DNA of 64,000 nt from IMG/VR virus record IMGVR_UViG_3300020451_002055. One strand, 5' to 3'. Made by a program: the position numbers and the translations under genes. This DNA comes from a virus. Its lineage: Duplodnaviria; Heunggongvirae; Uroviricota; Caudoviricetes. Shown here piece after piece: positions 52,951-63,326 of the stretch. Under the pieces are notes generated by a model that was given only the letters and a program-made list of their open reading frames with translations, had not been told where the DNA came from and made no database searches. Positions within the stretch are counted from its first letter, which is position 1; each line of letters starts with the position of its first letter.

Positions 52951-54979
52951 GCTTCTTACTCGTCTTCTTTGAAGTCTTCTTCTTAGAGGACTTCTTCTTG
53001 GTCCATTTCTTAGTCTTCTTTTCTATCGGAGAGCCAGCTTCGTCGCGCATACCTCTGCACTTGGGAAACTTGCTGCAGCCATAGAAAACTCCGAACTTGC
53101 TCTGACGCTTGATCATCTGCTCGCCGCAATCAGGACAAGGGTCTTTGCCATACTCTTTGGGCTTAGGAGGCTTCTTTGCTTCGGGCTTGCCGTCTTCTCC
53201 GACGTTGGCCGTAAAGCCGCATCCTTTTCGATCCTCGCATGCGAAAAACGAACCGTATGAACCATGCTTCATAAGCAATGGCTTGCCGCAGTCTGGACAG
53301 TTGATACCCGTTTGTTGAAGCTTGTCTTTGATCTGTTTCGCTGCTTCAATATCTTTTAGTAGTCGCGTATAGAAGTTGTGCAGCACGTTCTCTTTGGTCA
53401 ACTTCGATTCAGCAACAAGGTCGAGGTCGCCTTCCATGGATGCCGTAAACGCCAGGTCGATGAAACAGAAGTTAGCTTTCTTCAAGAACTCAACAACATC
53501 AATACCAAGATCAGTTCCCTGAAAGCTCTTGGCCTTCATCTCGATGTAGCCTCGATCTTTGAGCGTTCTGGTAATCGACTCAAACGTAGAAGGTCTGCCG
53601 ATACCTTCTTTCTCAAGCGTCTTGACAAATGAGGCAGACGAATACCTCGGAGGAGGCTGCGTAAATTTCTGCTCCGAATCAACATCTATGATATCGAACT
53701 TGTCTTTCTCCGCGATAAGCGGAAGAAGAACGTCTCCCGATCCGCCGTAAGACCATACCTTTCGGAACCCGTCAAATAACATACGAGAACCGCGAGCTTC
53801 AAGCTTGTATTTCTTGACATCAAACTGAGCAACAATGCGTTCAGTCTGGCAGTCGGTCATCTGACAAGATACCGCTCTCTGCCAGATCATTTCGTACAAT
53901 CGCTTCTGATCAGAGTCCGCTCCGGCGCTGAGCTTGTTGACATCAGTAGGCCGGATGGCTTCGTGACCTTCCTGAGCGTTCTTGGCTGTCGTCTTGAAAA
54001 AGTTGGGGCTCGCTGTCTGATAGGGCTGAGCGAAGGTCGCAGAGATGTAAGACCTGATGTCTTTGAGGCCTTCTTTGGAAAGCTTGACAGAATCAGTACG
54101 ATGATAAGTGATATCACCGCTCTCATAGAGTTTCTGAGCAGCTTTCATGCATCGATTCTGAGTCATACCCAAGAAAGTAGATGCCGACTGCTGAAGCGTC
54201 GAGGTAGTAAACGGGGGATACGCTCTGCTGTTCTGAGTCTTTACATCATGCTTCGAGCAAACCGCTATCTGCTTTTCAATATCCTTGACAATCTTCTCGG
54301 CTGAAGCCTGATTTTTGATTGTCATCTTGTCAGGATCAATGAGAGAAGCGATAAACTTGTCTTTCTTCGCGGTAAGAAGTTCTGCTTTGATCTCCCAATA
54401 TTCTTCGGGTACGAATTTCTTGATCTCTTGCTCTCGCTCAGCAATAAGACGAAGAGCAGCAGACTGAACTCGACCTACAGACGTTCCGCCAGTCGCAGTC
54501 TTCGTTAGGTACGAACATTTGTAGCCGACGACTCTATCAAGAATGCGACGAGCTTCATAGCTATGAACCAGATCCATGTCAACGGTAGATGCCGATTTCA
54601 TGGCTGATTCAATCGCGCTCTTGGTTAGACTGTTAGTTGCGGCTCTCTTGACTTTAACAGACTTGGGCAGGTAGTTGGCAATATGCCAAGCTATCGCTTC
54701 GCCCTCTCGATCAGGGTCGGTCATCAGATATGTAATCTGATGTTTTTGAGCTTCTGCAACCAGATCAGAAACAAGTTCTTTCTTGTCATCCATGATCTGA
54801 TAGTTAGGATCAAACTCATAGACTCCGCTTTTGTCTTTCTTGATCTTTACATTGATGCCCTTGGAAGGCAGGTCGATGCAATGGCCCTTGGTGGCTACGA
54901 TCTTGTAGTCTTTACCAAGTAGGGCTGCATACTTCTTGATCTTACCCGGACCCTCAATGACGACGAGATATTTTGCCAT
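52928..54979 (-). CDS. topA: DNA topoisomerase I (type IA)
   Basis: TOPRIM E..K, TDPDREGE, GRVQS, ITYHRTDS, AQEGHEAIRPT, GIGRPST, Zn ribbons. Confidence 0.97.
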   Translation of the reverse strand: MAKYLVVIEGPGKIKKYAALLGKDYKIVATKGHCIDLPSKGINVKIKKDKSGVYEFDPNYQIMDDKKELVSDLVAEAQKHQITYLMTDPDREGEAIAWHIANYLPKSVKVKRAATNSLTKSAIESAMKSASTVDMDLVHSYEARRILDRVVGYKCSYLTKTATGGTSVGRVQSAALRLIAEREQEIKKFVPEEYWEIKAELLTAKKDKFIASLIDPDKMTIKNQASAEKIVKDIEKQIAVCSKHDVKTQNSRAYPPFTTSTLQQSASTFLGMTQNRCMKAAQKLYESGDITYHRTDSVKLSKEGLKDIRSYISATFAQPYQTASPNFFKTTAKNAQEGHEAIRPTDVNKLSAGADSDQKRLYEMIWQRAVSCQMTDCQTERIVAQFDVKKYKLEARGSRMLFDGFRKVWSYGGSGDVLLPLIAEKDKFDIIDVDSEQKFTQPPPRYSSASFVKTLEKEGIGRPSTFESITRTLKDRGYIEMKAKSFQGTDLGIDVVEFLKKANFCFIDLAFTASMEGDLDLVAESKLTKENVLHNFYTRLLKDIEAAKQIKDKLQQTGINCPDCGKPLLMKHGSYGSFFACEDRKGCGFTANVGEDGKPEAKKPPKPKEYGKDPCPDCGEQMIKRQSKFGVFYGCSKFPKCRGMRDEAGSPIEKKTKKWTKKKSSKKKTSKKTSKKRGSKKSK

Positions 54980-55911
54980 TAGCCGAATACATCCTGTTTA
55001 GCCGCACGTGAAATAGGTTCTAACTCTTCAACTGCAATATCGGCATACTCTGTATTGAGTTCTATTCCGACACCATGACAACCAAAGCGCATAGCAGCTT
55101 CAATTGTAGTTCCGCTGCCCAAGAATGGATCAAGAACTATAGAGTCTCGATCGCAGGTCGCCCGAATGCATGGTTCTATCAGCTTGATCGGATATGGAGC
55201 AAAATGTGCAGCTTTGGTTCCTTGAGTAGCTATGTCCCATACCGATCGACGGTTTCTCATTGGAGATACCGGAACCGTCATGTCTCTATCTGCATCGTTG
55301 CGGCTTTCATCGTTTTTCTTGTTGCCGCCCGGAACTCTACCTGCGGAAATCGAAGGTACCTGAATAGCTTTTTCGTCAAAGCGATAGGTTTTTGACTTCG
55401 ATAGTAGAAATAGGTATTCATGAGATCCATCGCAACGACCCTTGGCATTCTCAGGTCTAGCATTAGTCTTATTCCAAATGATGTCCTGTCTTAGATACCA
55501 GCCGTCTTCACGCAACGCAAAAGCAAGCTGCCAGGGAATACCTAGCATGTCTTTGATCTTGTATTTGTTCTTAGAGTTCTTTGGTCGCTTATTACTCGTC
55601 ATATAGGTATCAGCTATGTTTATCCATAGCGTGCCATCATCTCGAAGAACATCTCGGACCCGAGAAAATACATCAACAAGCTGTTCAATGAATAGCTCTG
55701 GCGTATCTTCTTGACCTATCTGATCATCATGGTCATAGTCTCTGAGACGGAAATACGGAGGCGATGTAATACAAGTCTGAACGATCCCATTGGGCAACTG
55801 ATCCAAAACACCGCGGGCATCGCCGACATATATTTTTGAGTTATAGCCCGTCCAATACGGCTTCATTAGAGTTCTATCGGCACGAAAAGAGGGGCGCAGC
55901 AGTGAAGCCAC
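54979..55911 (-). CDS. N4-C/N6-A DNA methyltransferase (beta class)
   Basis: TSPPY, LRQDIIW.K, HFAP.P, LDPFLGSGTT. Confidence 0.95.
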   Translation of the reverse strand: MASLLRPSFRADRTLMKPYWTGYNSKIYVGDARGVLDQLPNGIVQTCITSPPYFRLRDYDHDDQIGQEDTPELFIEQLVDVFSRVRDVLRDDGTLWINIADTYMTSNKRPKNSKNKYKIKDMLGIPWQLAFALREDGWYLRQDIIWNKTNARPENAKGRCDGSHEYLFLLSKSKTYRFDEKAIQVPSISAGRVPGGNKKNDESRNDADRDMTVPVSPMRNRRSVWDIATQGTKAAHFAPYPIKLIEPCIRATCDRDSIVLDPFLGSGTTIEAAMRFGCHGVGIELNTEYADIAVEELEPISRAAKQDVFG

Positions 55912-55940
55912 GCCCCTTCTCTCCTTCTCCGCTAAAAGAA

Positions 55941-56168
55941 TCAGCGATCGCTTTCGAGAGTGATCGGCAAATCCTGCAAGCTGCGCTTCGTGGTTGACTG
56001 GATGTATGCGCTGGTGGGGCCGTTGACGACGCGGACGCCTGAAATCTGTCCTCGTCGCGCGAGACGGACAGCCTGATCGCGAGTGACCCTCTTTCCGCCA
56101 GTGATAATGTAACCTACAGTATGACGCTTAGTGTTTAGAATCCTACGATTGATACGAGCAGTAGCCAT
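55941..56168 (-). CDS. DUF3892-like small protein
   Basis: AAGGAG RBS; TR.QAV.LA..G.I.GV.VV...YI.S...L..LP. Confidence 0.7.
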   Translation of the reverse strand: MATARINRRILNTKRHTVGYIITGGKRVTRDQAVRLARRGQISGVRVVNGPTSAYIQSTTKRSLQDLPITLESDR

Positions 56169-56199
56169 GTCTTTCTCCTTTTCGCTAAGTTGTTGCTTC

Positions 56200-56775
56200 T
56201 TACCACTCATAATCATGGTCTTCGCCATGATCATTTTCTTCATCAGAACGTCTAAATGCAAGAGTCATGAGCAAGTTACTGATCTCTTCATTCATGCGTT
56301 CTGTCGCTTCGCTCTTGTCTACCTCTTCATTCAGAGCGTTTCTCATCCTGTCTCTCTGATCATGCAGAAGACTTGATATCTTGTTATCAGCGATCAGTTT
56401 CTTGCCTGCATCAGTAGTGACAAAGTTCGCAATTTCTTCAAGCTCAGTCTCGGAGTAGTTCTGGCTGAAATACTCTTCAAGAAGATGCATGGAATCGCTT
56501 ACTACTTCCGGTAGCATCTTGTCATAGATAACTTGCTGAGCTTCGTATATTTCCATCCTAGCTCGGAAGATAATGCCTTTGAAAGCCCTAAGAAAGTCTT
56601 GAGGAATCTCCTCATTCATTCCGAGCGGATTCAGGGAATGATAATGAGTATCGATACTCTTGCTGACTTCAGACATCAGTTCTTCCTCAGAAAAGGATTG
56701 GGGACGCATGGACTCATCCATCGCATCTCTGAACTTCGATCCGATAGCGATTGCGATTCTTCGTTCGTTGTTCAT
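56200..56775 (-). CDS. DUF2059-like helical protein
   Basis: YSETELEEIANF..T.AGKK motif. Confidence 0.65.
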   Translation of the reverse strand: MNNERRIAIAIGSKFRDAMDESMRPQSFSEEELMSEVSKSIDTHYHSLNPLGMNEEIPQDFLRAFKGIIFRARMEIYEAQQVIYDKMLPEVVSDSMHLLEEYFSQNYSETELEEIANFVTTDAGKKLIADNKISSLLHDQRDRMRNALNEEVDKSEATERMNEEISNLLMTLAFRRSDEENDHGEDHDYEW

Positions 56776-57164
56776 CTTCCGTACTTCTCTTTCGCTCTTG
56801 CGTATTCTTCCCTCGTTTGACCAAGACCGCAGTAGCCGCTAGAGATTCCTGCTATTTGACACCAAGCTCGAAGTCGAGACATCGGGTCATGATTGCCGTC
56901 ATCATAGAGAAGCGGATCCATCAGTACCCAAGAGCGAGGGGAAAGCAATCCGTTGACCTGAAGCCTCTTGTAGGCCATTTCAAGGATGTAAGGGGGAACG
57001 TCTATTTCTCGCGCAAAATCATGGAGCTTATTGTTCGTGCCGCGAACAAAGGCAAGAACTATGGCAACGCCAAAGCCCCCATCCTTGTCATCCGCCGAAC
57101 GGTAGCCTGCGTTCCAATCATCTCCGCAAACATACTTTACGACATTCTCGTATTCGGGCTTCAT
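56772..57164 (-). CDS. hypothetical protein
   Basis: Collinear ORF. Confidence 0.7.
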   Translation of the reverse strand: MKPEYENVVKYVCGDDWNAGYRSADDKDGGFGVAIVLAFVRGTNNKLHDFAREIDVPPYILEMAYKRLQVNGLLSPRSWVLMDPLLYDDGNHDPMSRLRAWCQIAGISSGYCGLGQTREEYARAKEKYGR

Positions 57165-57186
57165 AGCTTCCTCTTACAAAAGGGAT

Positions 57187-57600
57187 TCAGTCGTTCGAGC
57201 CAGCAATCTTGAGATTATTGATCGCCTCAGACTCAGCGGCATCCGGAACATAAATCTCCGGCTGAGACGCCTTCTGCTGAGCCTCTCGCTGCTGGTTCTC
57301 CAACTGCTCAACAAACTGATTGAGCTTCTCGGGATATGCATTGACGGCATCGGCTGCGTTCTCCGCCTCGATCGGGAATCGAAGTTCATTCGGAATCGCC
57401 GCTATCGGTCTGCCGTCCGGACCGGGAATGCCCGACATGATCGTCGCAACGCCTGCGAAAATAGTCAAGGGCTCTTCAATGTTCTGCTCGGCGGCGACCT
57501 CGGGAGTAATCCGATCGCCAGTCTCCGACTCTATTAGGACCAAAGCCTCGATGCGCTCGCCTTTGGAACCTACAAAACTATCTACTCTTCGAATCAACAT
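57187..57600 (-). CDS. hypothetical protein
   Basis: AAAGGA RBS before ATG 57600. Confidence 0.75.
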   Translation of the reverse strand: MLIRRVDSFVGSKGERIEALVLIESETGDRITPEVAAEQNIEEPLTIFAGVATIMSGIPGPDGRPIAAIPNELRFPIEAENAADAVNAYPEKLNQFVEQLENQQREAQQKASQPEIYVPDAAESEAINNLKIAGSND

Positions 57601-57669
57601 GGTGGTGCGTCCTTTCTTGCAACGTCTATTTGGTTTCGGTCTATCGCCGAGCGAACCATCGAGATTCAC

Positions 57670-57990
57670 TCAGAAACATTGACCCTCTTCAATAAGCTCA
57701 TCCGGATATTCATCTTCATCAAAGATGATTCTTTCGTCTGGTATTTCTCTCTGCGGAGGAAGACCTAAATGGTATCGAACCCCTTTACGAAGTTCTTTCC
57801 GACTGTATGGAATCTCAGAATCCTTCAATAAGGTTTCCATCGTGATGCTATCTTCATGAGCAGCAACGAACGAGACTTTCTCTCTAGCTACTTGGACGTA
57901 GTTGATTATGGGGTAAATATCCTCAGTATCGACTATACTCGTAACGCTATCGGGCAACCTCGCGGGTTCGTCTCTTCTTCTCCTAGGCAT
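57670..57990 (-). CDS. hypothetical protein
   Basis: AGGAG RBS before ATG 57990. Confidence 0.7.
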   Translation of the reverse strand: MPRRRRDEPARLPDSVTSIVDTEDIYPIINYVQVAREKVSFVAAHEDSITMETLLKDSEIPYSRKELRKGVRYHLGLPPQREIPDERIIFDEDEYPDELIEEGQCF

Positions 57991-58127
57991 CTTATTTTGC
58001 TCCTGTGTACATGCAAGAGCCCACCACATACCTATTCGGCAGTAGTGCAAGAGTACCATGTACCATTCACGCAAATGAATGGCAGAATGGGAACGTACCC
58101 TTCGTCAAAGGGGTCCGTCCCGTCTAT

Positions 58128-59024
58128 TTATCCACGCCGATTCTTACGAGATCGACGATGCTGGCCGATGCTCTCATTCGAGTCAAGAATCTGCTGTATC
58201 AGATTCGCATCGTATCCTAGATTTTTGGCGTGCCTGCAAATCGCAGAAACGTCCTTCGGAAAGCATTTGCCTCCAAACGGCTTTTCTGACTCCTTGAAGA
58301 CCGCAGTATGCATCGGATTGATACGAGGGTCCATAAGCCATGCTTCACGCATTGCATAGTAATCAACGCCCATTCTTTCGCATAGCTCATTAATCTCATA
58401 ACAGAAAGTAACCTTCAAAGCAAAGAACGTGTTCTCGACATATTTCGTAAGCTCCGCAACAAGGGCTTCGGTCTGATGGTATATCTTAGTAGGCCCAACC
58501 ACTTTGATAAAGAACTCAACGCATTGCTTCGTGTCTTTGGAATCGCCGCCGAAGATGAACCAAGGAGTCTCCTTGACATCTTGATGAAACTTGTATTCGG
58601 TCCAGTATCTTGATTCTCCGCAAAACTCAGGAGAGAAAACAATATTCTTGCCGGTCTCTTCTTTCAGCTTGTCGGTAGTACCTGGCTCAATAGTCGATTT
58701 GATCAGAAACAGAGGAGCATCGATTTCCCGAATAGCCTCTTCAACAAGTCGAGTGTCACATGCCCCATCCTCTTCCCTCGGAGGAGTCGGCAGGCACACC
58801 ACGACAAGATCGCAGCCCTTGGCGTCCTCATATCGATGGCTGAAAGTCTGAGGAGGTCGCCCATCGCTAGGACTTTGATTGGTTACGGGTCCGTTAGACG
58901 CAACTTCCTTATACTTGATATCGACGATAACAAGTTCATAGTGATCAGCAAAGAACTCCTTCATTGCTTTACCAACGTAGCCCTCTCCAATGATGGCGAT
59001 CTTCATATGCTCTTTCTCCGGCAA
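58128..59024 (-). CDS. UDP-glucose/GDP-mannose dehydrogenase family (lacks C-terminal domain)
   Basis: IIGEGYVG, CLPTP, IKSTI.PGT, SPEF, AEL.KY..N, FGGKCFPKD. Confidence 0.92.
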   Translation of the reverse strand: MPEKEHMKIAIIGEGYVGKAMKEFFADHYELVIVDIKYKEVASNGPVTNQSPSDGRPPQTFSHRYEDAKGCDLVVVCLPTPPREEDGACDTRLVEEAIREIDAPLFLIKSTIEPGTTDKLKEETGKNIVFSPEFCGESRYWTEYKFHQDVKETPWFIFGGDSKDTKQCVEFFIKVVGPTKIYHQTEALVAELTKYVENTFFALKVTFCYEINELCERMGVDYYAMREAWLMDPRINPMHTAVFKESEKPFGGKCFPKDVSAICRHAKNLGYDANLIQQILDSNESIGQHRRSRKNRRG

Positions 59025-59095
59025 AGGTAGAATCTAGTTTGATACAAAAGTTATCGACATCAAAGCTCCAAAGGCACCAGCGATAGGATAAGCTC

Positions 59096-59821
59096 ATGAA
59101 CATTTTGATACCGATGGCAGGTTTAGGTAGCCGTTTCTCAGAGGCAGGATATGATGTTCCTAAGCCTCTGATTGAGTTTCATGGCAAGACCATGATTCAG
59201 CATGCCGTAGATACCCTCGGAGTAGAAGGGCAGCTAATCTTCTGTGTCCACGCAGATCATTGCAACGAACACGGTCTAGATCAGAAGCTATTGGAGTTCT
59301 ATCCAGACTGCAGAATTGTTGTTACCGACGAACTAACAGACGGCCCGGCATCGACTTGTATGCTTGCTCGGATGTGGTTCGAGAACGATGATCCTCTCAT
59401 CATGACAAACTGCGATCAGTATATGATGTGGAACGGCTCAGAGTTTCAATCGTTCCTTGACGAAACAGATGCAGATGGCGTTCTTGTGACATATTACACG
59501 GACGTTGAGCATAACAGCTACGCAAAAGTCAATGACCAGGGGCTTGTTACTCTTGTCAGAGAGAAAGAAGTCATCAGCAGATATTCTACGAACGGCATCC
59601 ATTATTGGAAGAAGGGCCGTTCATTCTGCCAGTCGTATGATGAGATGGTCAGGCAAGATGATAGGACAAATGGAGAGTTTTATGTCGCTCCGAGCTATAA
59701 CTACCTCATAGAACGGAACTTCAAGATACGCATCTACGACATAGACCCGAGTCTGCATCACGCAACAGGTACGCCAGATGATTTGAACAGGCTACTAGGC
59801 ATTTTGAAGGATGAAGCATGA
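59096..59821 (+). CDS. sugar-phosphate nucleotidyltransferase
   Basis: IPMAGLGSRF..GY..PKPLI, NCDQ, EFYVAP.YN, GTP.DL. Confidence 0.92.
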   Translation: MNILIPMAGLGSRFSEAGYDVPKPLIEFHGKTMIQHAVDTLGVEGQLIFCVHADHCNEHGLDQKLLEFYPDCRIVVTDELTDGPASTCMLARMWFENDDPLIMTNCDQYMMWNGSEFQSFLDETDADGVLVTYYTDVEHNSYAKVNDQGLVTLVREKEVISRYSTNGIHYWKKGRSFCQSYDEMVRQDDRTNGEFYVAPSYNYLIERNFKIRIYDIDPSLHHATGTPDDLNRLLGILKDEA

Positions 59822-60141
59822 AGGTAATGAAAATGAGCGAGATGAAAGGCGGCTGGTTCACTGGCGATTTTGAGCCGACCGCATTTCGAACCAAAGACTT
59901 CGAGGTTTGTTACAAGGTACATGCCAAAGGCGAGCAATGGCCGAAACACTACCACAAAGAAGCAACAGAGATCAACTATCTGATTCGAGGTCGTATGAGA
60001 ATCGGAGAAACGGAACTTGAGCAAGGAGACATCTTCGTCATTGAGCCGAATGAAGTTGCCGATCCCGAGTTCCATGAGGAGTGCGAACTAATCGTCGTCA
60101 AAACCCCTTCGGTCATTGGCGACAAGTATGAGGTTGACTGA
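59818..60141 (+). CDS. cupin domain protein
   Basis: GWF.GDFEP, HYHK.ATE.N, GDIF..EP. Confidence 0.88.
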   Translation: MKVMKMSEMKGGWFTGDFEPTAFRTKDFEVCYKVHAKGEQWPKHYHKEATEINYLIRGRMRIGETELEQGDIFVIEPNEVADPEFHEECELIVVKTPSVIGDKYEVD

Positions 60142-61323
60142 ATGCGTATCTTTCGAAACAGCTATGATTTGGATAGCTATTTCATAGCAGACTTCTATGT
60201 TGAGTCATCTACCAATCTAAGAGACGCAGCATGGAACATTGCTATAGGGCAAAGCGTTGGGAACCCCAACGTCCGCAACAAATGGGAAACGGACGAGCTA
60301 TTCGAAAATCATTCATGCTTCATCATAGATAGCGAGGAACGGCTAGCTTCTATTCAAAGAGGCTACGTCAAGATAGCATACCCGATCAAGAACATCAACT
60401 GGAAAGAAGATGGAGTATCTCAGCTTCTATGTCACCTAATGGGAGGGCAGCTTGACATCGATATCATACGAGCATGCCACCTCGTTGATCTAACCCTTCC
60501 TGCTCATGTTGAAGAACAGTTTCCTAAGCCCAAGTACGGGATCAAGGGTATACGAGACTTTACCGGTGTTCATGGGAAACCTTTGCTCGGAGGCATTGTA
60601 AAACCGAAGACCGGACTATCTCCCGAGGCCCTGCTTGACATCGTTGCTCAGATGGTTGAAGGCGGAGTCAACTTCATCAAAGAAGACGAGATCATGGCTA
60701 ATCCGGAGTTCTGCACAATAGGGCAAAGGCTTCCGGCAATCTCAGACTATCTTCAAGGCAAGAACGTAATCTACTGCGTCTGTATCAATGGAGACTATCC
60801 GTATATCTTTGACCGCGCAAAACAAGTCGCCGACCTTGGCGGCAATGGCATACATATCAACTTCTGGTCAGGTTTTGGAACCTACAAAGCAGTCAGAGAG
60901 CTTGACCTACCCTTGTTCATGCATTTCCAAAAGAGCGGAGACAAGATACTGACCGATAGCAGTCATCGGTTCCATATCAAGTGGACGGTCATCTGCAAGC
61001 TAGCGGGCCTAGTTGGAACGGACTTCATACATGCGGGCATGTGGGGCGGCTATATGTCGGAAGACGAAGGCAGTCTAACAGATGTTCTCGATACTCTGTA
61101 TCAGTATGATGTCATGCCCGCCCTTAGCTGCGGCATGCATCCCGGCCTAGTCAGCGCCATCGAATCAAGGTTCGGAACAAAATGGATGGCGAACTGCGGA
61201 GGCAGCATACATGGTCATAGGGATGGAACGAAAGCAGGAGCCCTTGCTATGTCGCAAGCAATCTCGGGCGAGCATGGACCAGAATATGATTGGGCCGTCA
61301 AAGAATGGGGACTGATTCAGTAA
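60142..61323 (+). CDS. RuBisCO-like protein (form IV-like)
   Basis: IAIGQS.G, GGIVKPKTGL, FIKEDE, HFQKSG, DFIHAG, SCGMHPG, GG.IHGH..G..AGA.A. Confidence 0.92.
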   Translation: MRIFRNSYDLDSYFIADFYVESSTNLRDAAWNIAIGQSVGNPNVRNKWETDELFENHSCFIIDSEERLASIQRGYVKIAYPIKNINWKEDGVSQLLCHLMGGQLDIDIIRACHLVDLTLPAHVEEQFPKPKYGIKGIRDFTGVHGKPLLGGIVKPKTGLSPEALLDIVAQMVEGGVNFIKEDEIMANPEFCTIGQRLPAISDYLQGKNVIYCVCINGDYPYIFDRAKQVADLGGNGIHINFWSGFGTYKAVRELDLPLFMHFQKSGDKILTDSSHRFHIKWTVICKLAGLVGTDFIHAGMWGGYMSEDEGSLTDVLDTLYQYDVMPALSCGMHPGLVSAIESRFGTKWMANCGGSIHGHRDGTKAGALAMSQAISGEHGPEYDWAVKEWGLIQ

Positions 61324-61937
61324 TGTACGGTCTCAAATACATACCCGATTTAGGAAGTCAAGAAAAGAACGACCAAGACTATCCCTACATATGGAAGGAA
61401 GTCGCTCAAGAGTTCTCTGTCAGAAACCATGAAGTCCTGCGAGATCAACTGCTGTCCATTAAAGACCGCTGCGATGTCATACTTGAAATAGGCGTTGCTC
61501 GAAACGGAGAGCAATCATCATTCAAAAGCATCGTAGAAAACAAGAAGAACGATGCTATATATCTCGGAGTAGATATAGAAGATCGATCATGGATAGCGGA
61601 TATACCGAACAACATCTACTTCGTTATGACAAACTCATCTCATACGAAGTTTATCATGGACGAAGTTGAGCGTCTCTCTGGTAAGAGGGAAATCGATCTG
61701 CTTCATATCGATGGATGGCATTCTGTCAATCAGATAGTTGATGACTTCAAGTTCGCAGAATATCTCAGTCCGCATGGCATCATAGTCTGCCATGACACCT
61801 CTGCTCATCCAGGTCCGATTGAGCTATTCAAAGCTCTAGATGAAGACGTATTCGTTGGTCAGACTTTCTTTTCAGAACGCAACGATGACTGGGGTATCGG
61901 AATCATCAAGAGAGTTGCTGCTGACGCTCTCGAATGA
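61323..61937 (+). CDS. class I SAM-dependent methyltransferase
   Basis: ILEIGV, GVDI, IDLLHIDGWH, G.IV.HDT. Confidence 0.85.
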   Translation: MYGLKYIPDLGSQEKNDQDYPYIWKEVAQEFSVRNHEVLRDQLLSIKDRCDVILEIGVARNGEQSSFKSIVENKKNDAIYLGVDIEDRSWIADIPNNIYFVMTNSSHTKFIMDEVERLSGKREIDLLHIDGWHSVNQIVDDFKFAEYLSPHGIIVCHDTSAHPGPIELFKALDEDVFVGQTFFSERNDDWGIGIIKRVAADALE

Positions 61938-62595
61938 TATTGCGGATACCCTTTGTCAGGACAACCTTCGATTCTGTTGGCTTGATATCATCAAAGTATC
62001 GAAGACCACACATGATTCGACCTTCATGCTCCCAAGGGTCTCTCGAAGTCAATGCTTTCTCGATGTAAGAACGATCGACTTCTTGTCCCATCCATGCATA
62101 AATATCCGATGCCTGGTTGATAGGGTCTTCGATGAGCTTGCTGTAGTCTACGACATACGGATCAGTAACAGTCGGAAGCCATTTCGAGACGACGGGCACT
62201 GAGTCGAAATAGTCATTGACGCAGTTCGCTGGCTTGTGACCAAACGTTTTGACCTGCGAGTTGATAGCCCCCATTGGGTCTCGAACGATATGGATAACCT
62301 TGGCTTCGGGAAACAGACTGAGCATCTTCTTGACGCTCTGCCTTGCCTGCTTGAATGTTGAATACGGAATCTTCTGACCGGAACGAATGGACATGATGGC
62401 TCCGGTCTTTTTCTTGGCCTGAGTCGCATCGTATGTCATTGTCTTGATAGCATGCTCTCTCGACTTGGCATCAAGAAGAAGCTTCCTTCGTTCATGGACC
62501 AACTCATACTTGAGGCCTGGATGCATAGATACTACTCGCCTCAGAAGCGTAGTGCCCGATCGCTCGTATCCTATGATCAAGAATGGAGTGTTCAT
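61906..62595 (-). CDS. sulfotransferase
   Basis: IGYERSGTTLL (5'-PSB), HIVRDP...INS (3'-PB). Confidence 0.9.
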   Translation of the reverse strand: MNTPFLIIGYERSGTTLLRRVVSMHPGLKYELVHERRKLLLDAKSREHAIKTMTYDATQAKKKTGAIMSIRSGQKIPYSTFKQARQSVKKMLSLFPEAKVIHIVRDPMGAINSQVKTFGHKPANCVNDYFDSVPVVSKWLPTVTDPYVVDYSKLIEDPINQASDIYAWMGQEVDRSYIEKALTSRDPWEHEGRIMCGLRYFDDIKPTESKVVLTKGIRNIIRERQQQLS

Positions 62596-63326
62596 AGAGA
62601 GTGCCTCACGCTGAATATCTCATCTGACAAACCGACTAGTTCGTCGTCCTCGAAAATTTTGCGGTAGACCGCATTGTCTCTAAACGCTTGCCATCGATTG
62701 AATAGATCGTTCTTGTTCAAAGACTTTGTTCCGGTAAAGCTGCTGCCGCCTCCATGAGCAGGAACGTAGTCTATCTGAGCGTCCTTGAAGTTTAGGTGCA
62801 AACTCTCTGCCAACTGTTTCCGGTAATCCTTACTGATGGCCCATTCATTGTAGTTGATGAACCTCGAAGACGCAGGCAGAATAGATGTATGACCCAACGA
62901 TTCATAAGCAAGAGCCTTCCATTCTGGTATGATCTTGTCGTATATGTATTCATCTCTTGCTTCGTTTGCTTTTCCCTTAGACGGGTATAGCTTCGCTTCT
63001 TTATTCTGCCAGTTCTTCAAAAACGAAGCCATCATATTGTACGGGTCTCTCAGCGAATAGAGGATAATCCTATCTGACAGAGATGAGAAGGCAGGTATCT
63101 CCTTGCTCATCCTATCAAACTCGGATAGGCAGCATTGATGCTTACCGTGCTGAACGTTCTCTCGCAACACCCTTACCGAGCCGTCATTCATGTCCTCATT
63201 GAAATAGGCTCTCATGCCGTTCTTGGTCAGCATTTGGACATCGCCCTCTATCTCTCCGAGTATCCAATACAAGACGGCGTTTCCGCCGCCTCTGCCCATG
63301 CAAAAGAGATAGATATGCCGATACAT
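62592..63326 (-). CDS. sulfotransferase-like protein
   Basis: MGRGGGNA, LRDPYN..AS, INYNEW, GGGSSF, RW. Confidence 0.7.
   Translation of the reverse strand: MYRHIYLFCMGRGGGNAVLYWILGEIEGDVQMLTKNGMRAYFNEDMNDGSVRVLRENVQHGKHQCCLSEFDRMSKEIPAFSSLSDRIILYSLRDPYNMMASFLKNWQNKEAKLYPSKGKANEARDEYIYDKIIPEWKALAYESLGHTSILPASSRFINYNEWAISKDYRKQLAESLHLNFKDAQIDYVPAHGGGSSFTGTKSLNKNDLFNRWQAFRDNAVYRKIFEDDELVGLSDEIFSVRHSL

Noticed and set aside
60142-61323. Carbon-fixing RuBisCO (rbcL)
   Set aside because: It is short (393 aa), has KEDE and HFQK in place of KDDE and HxHRA, and has no rbcS or prk context.
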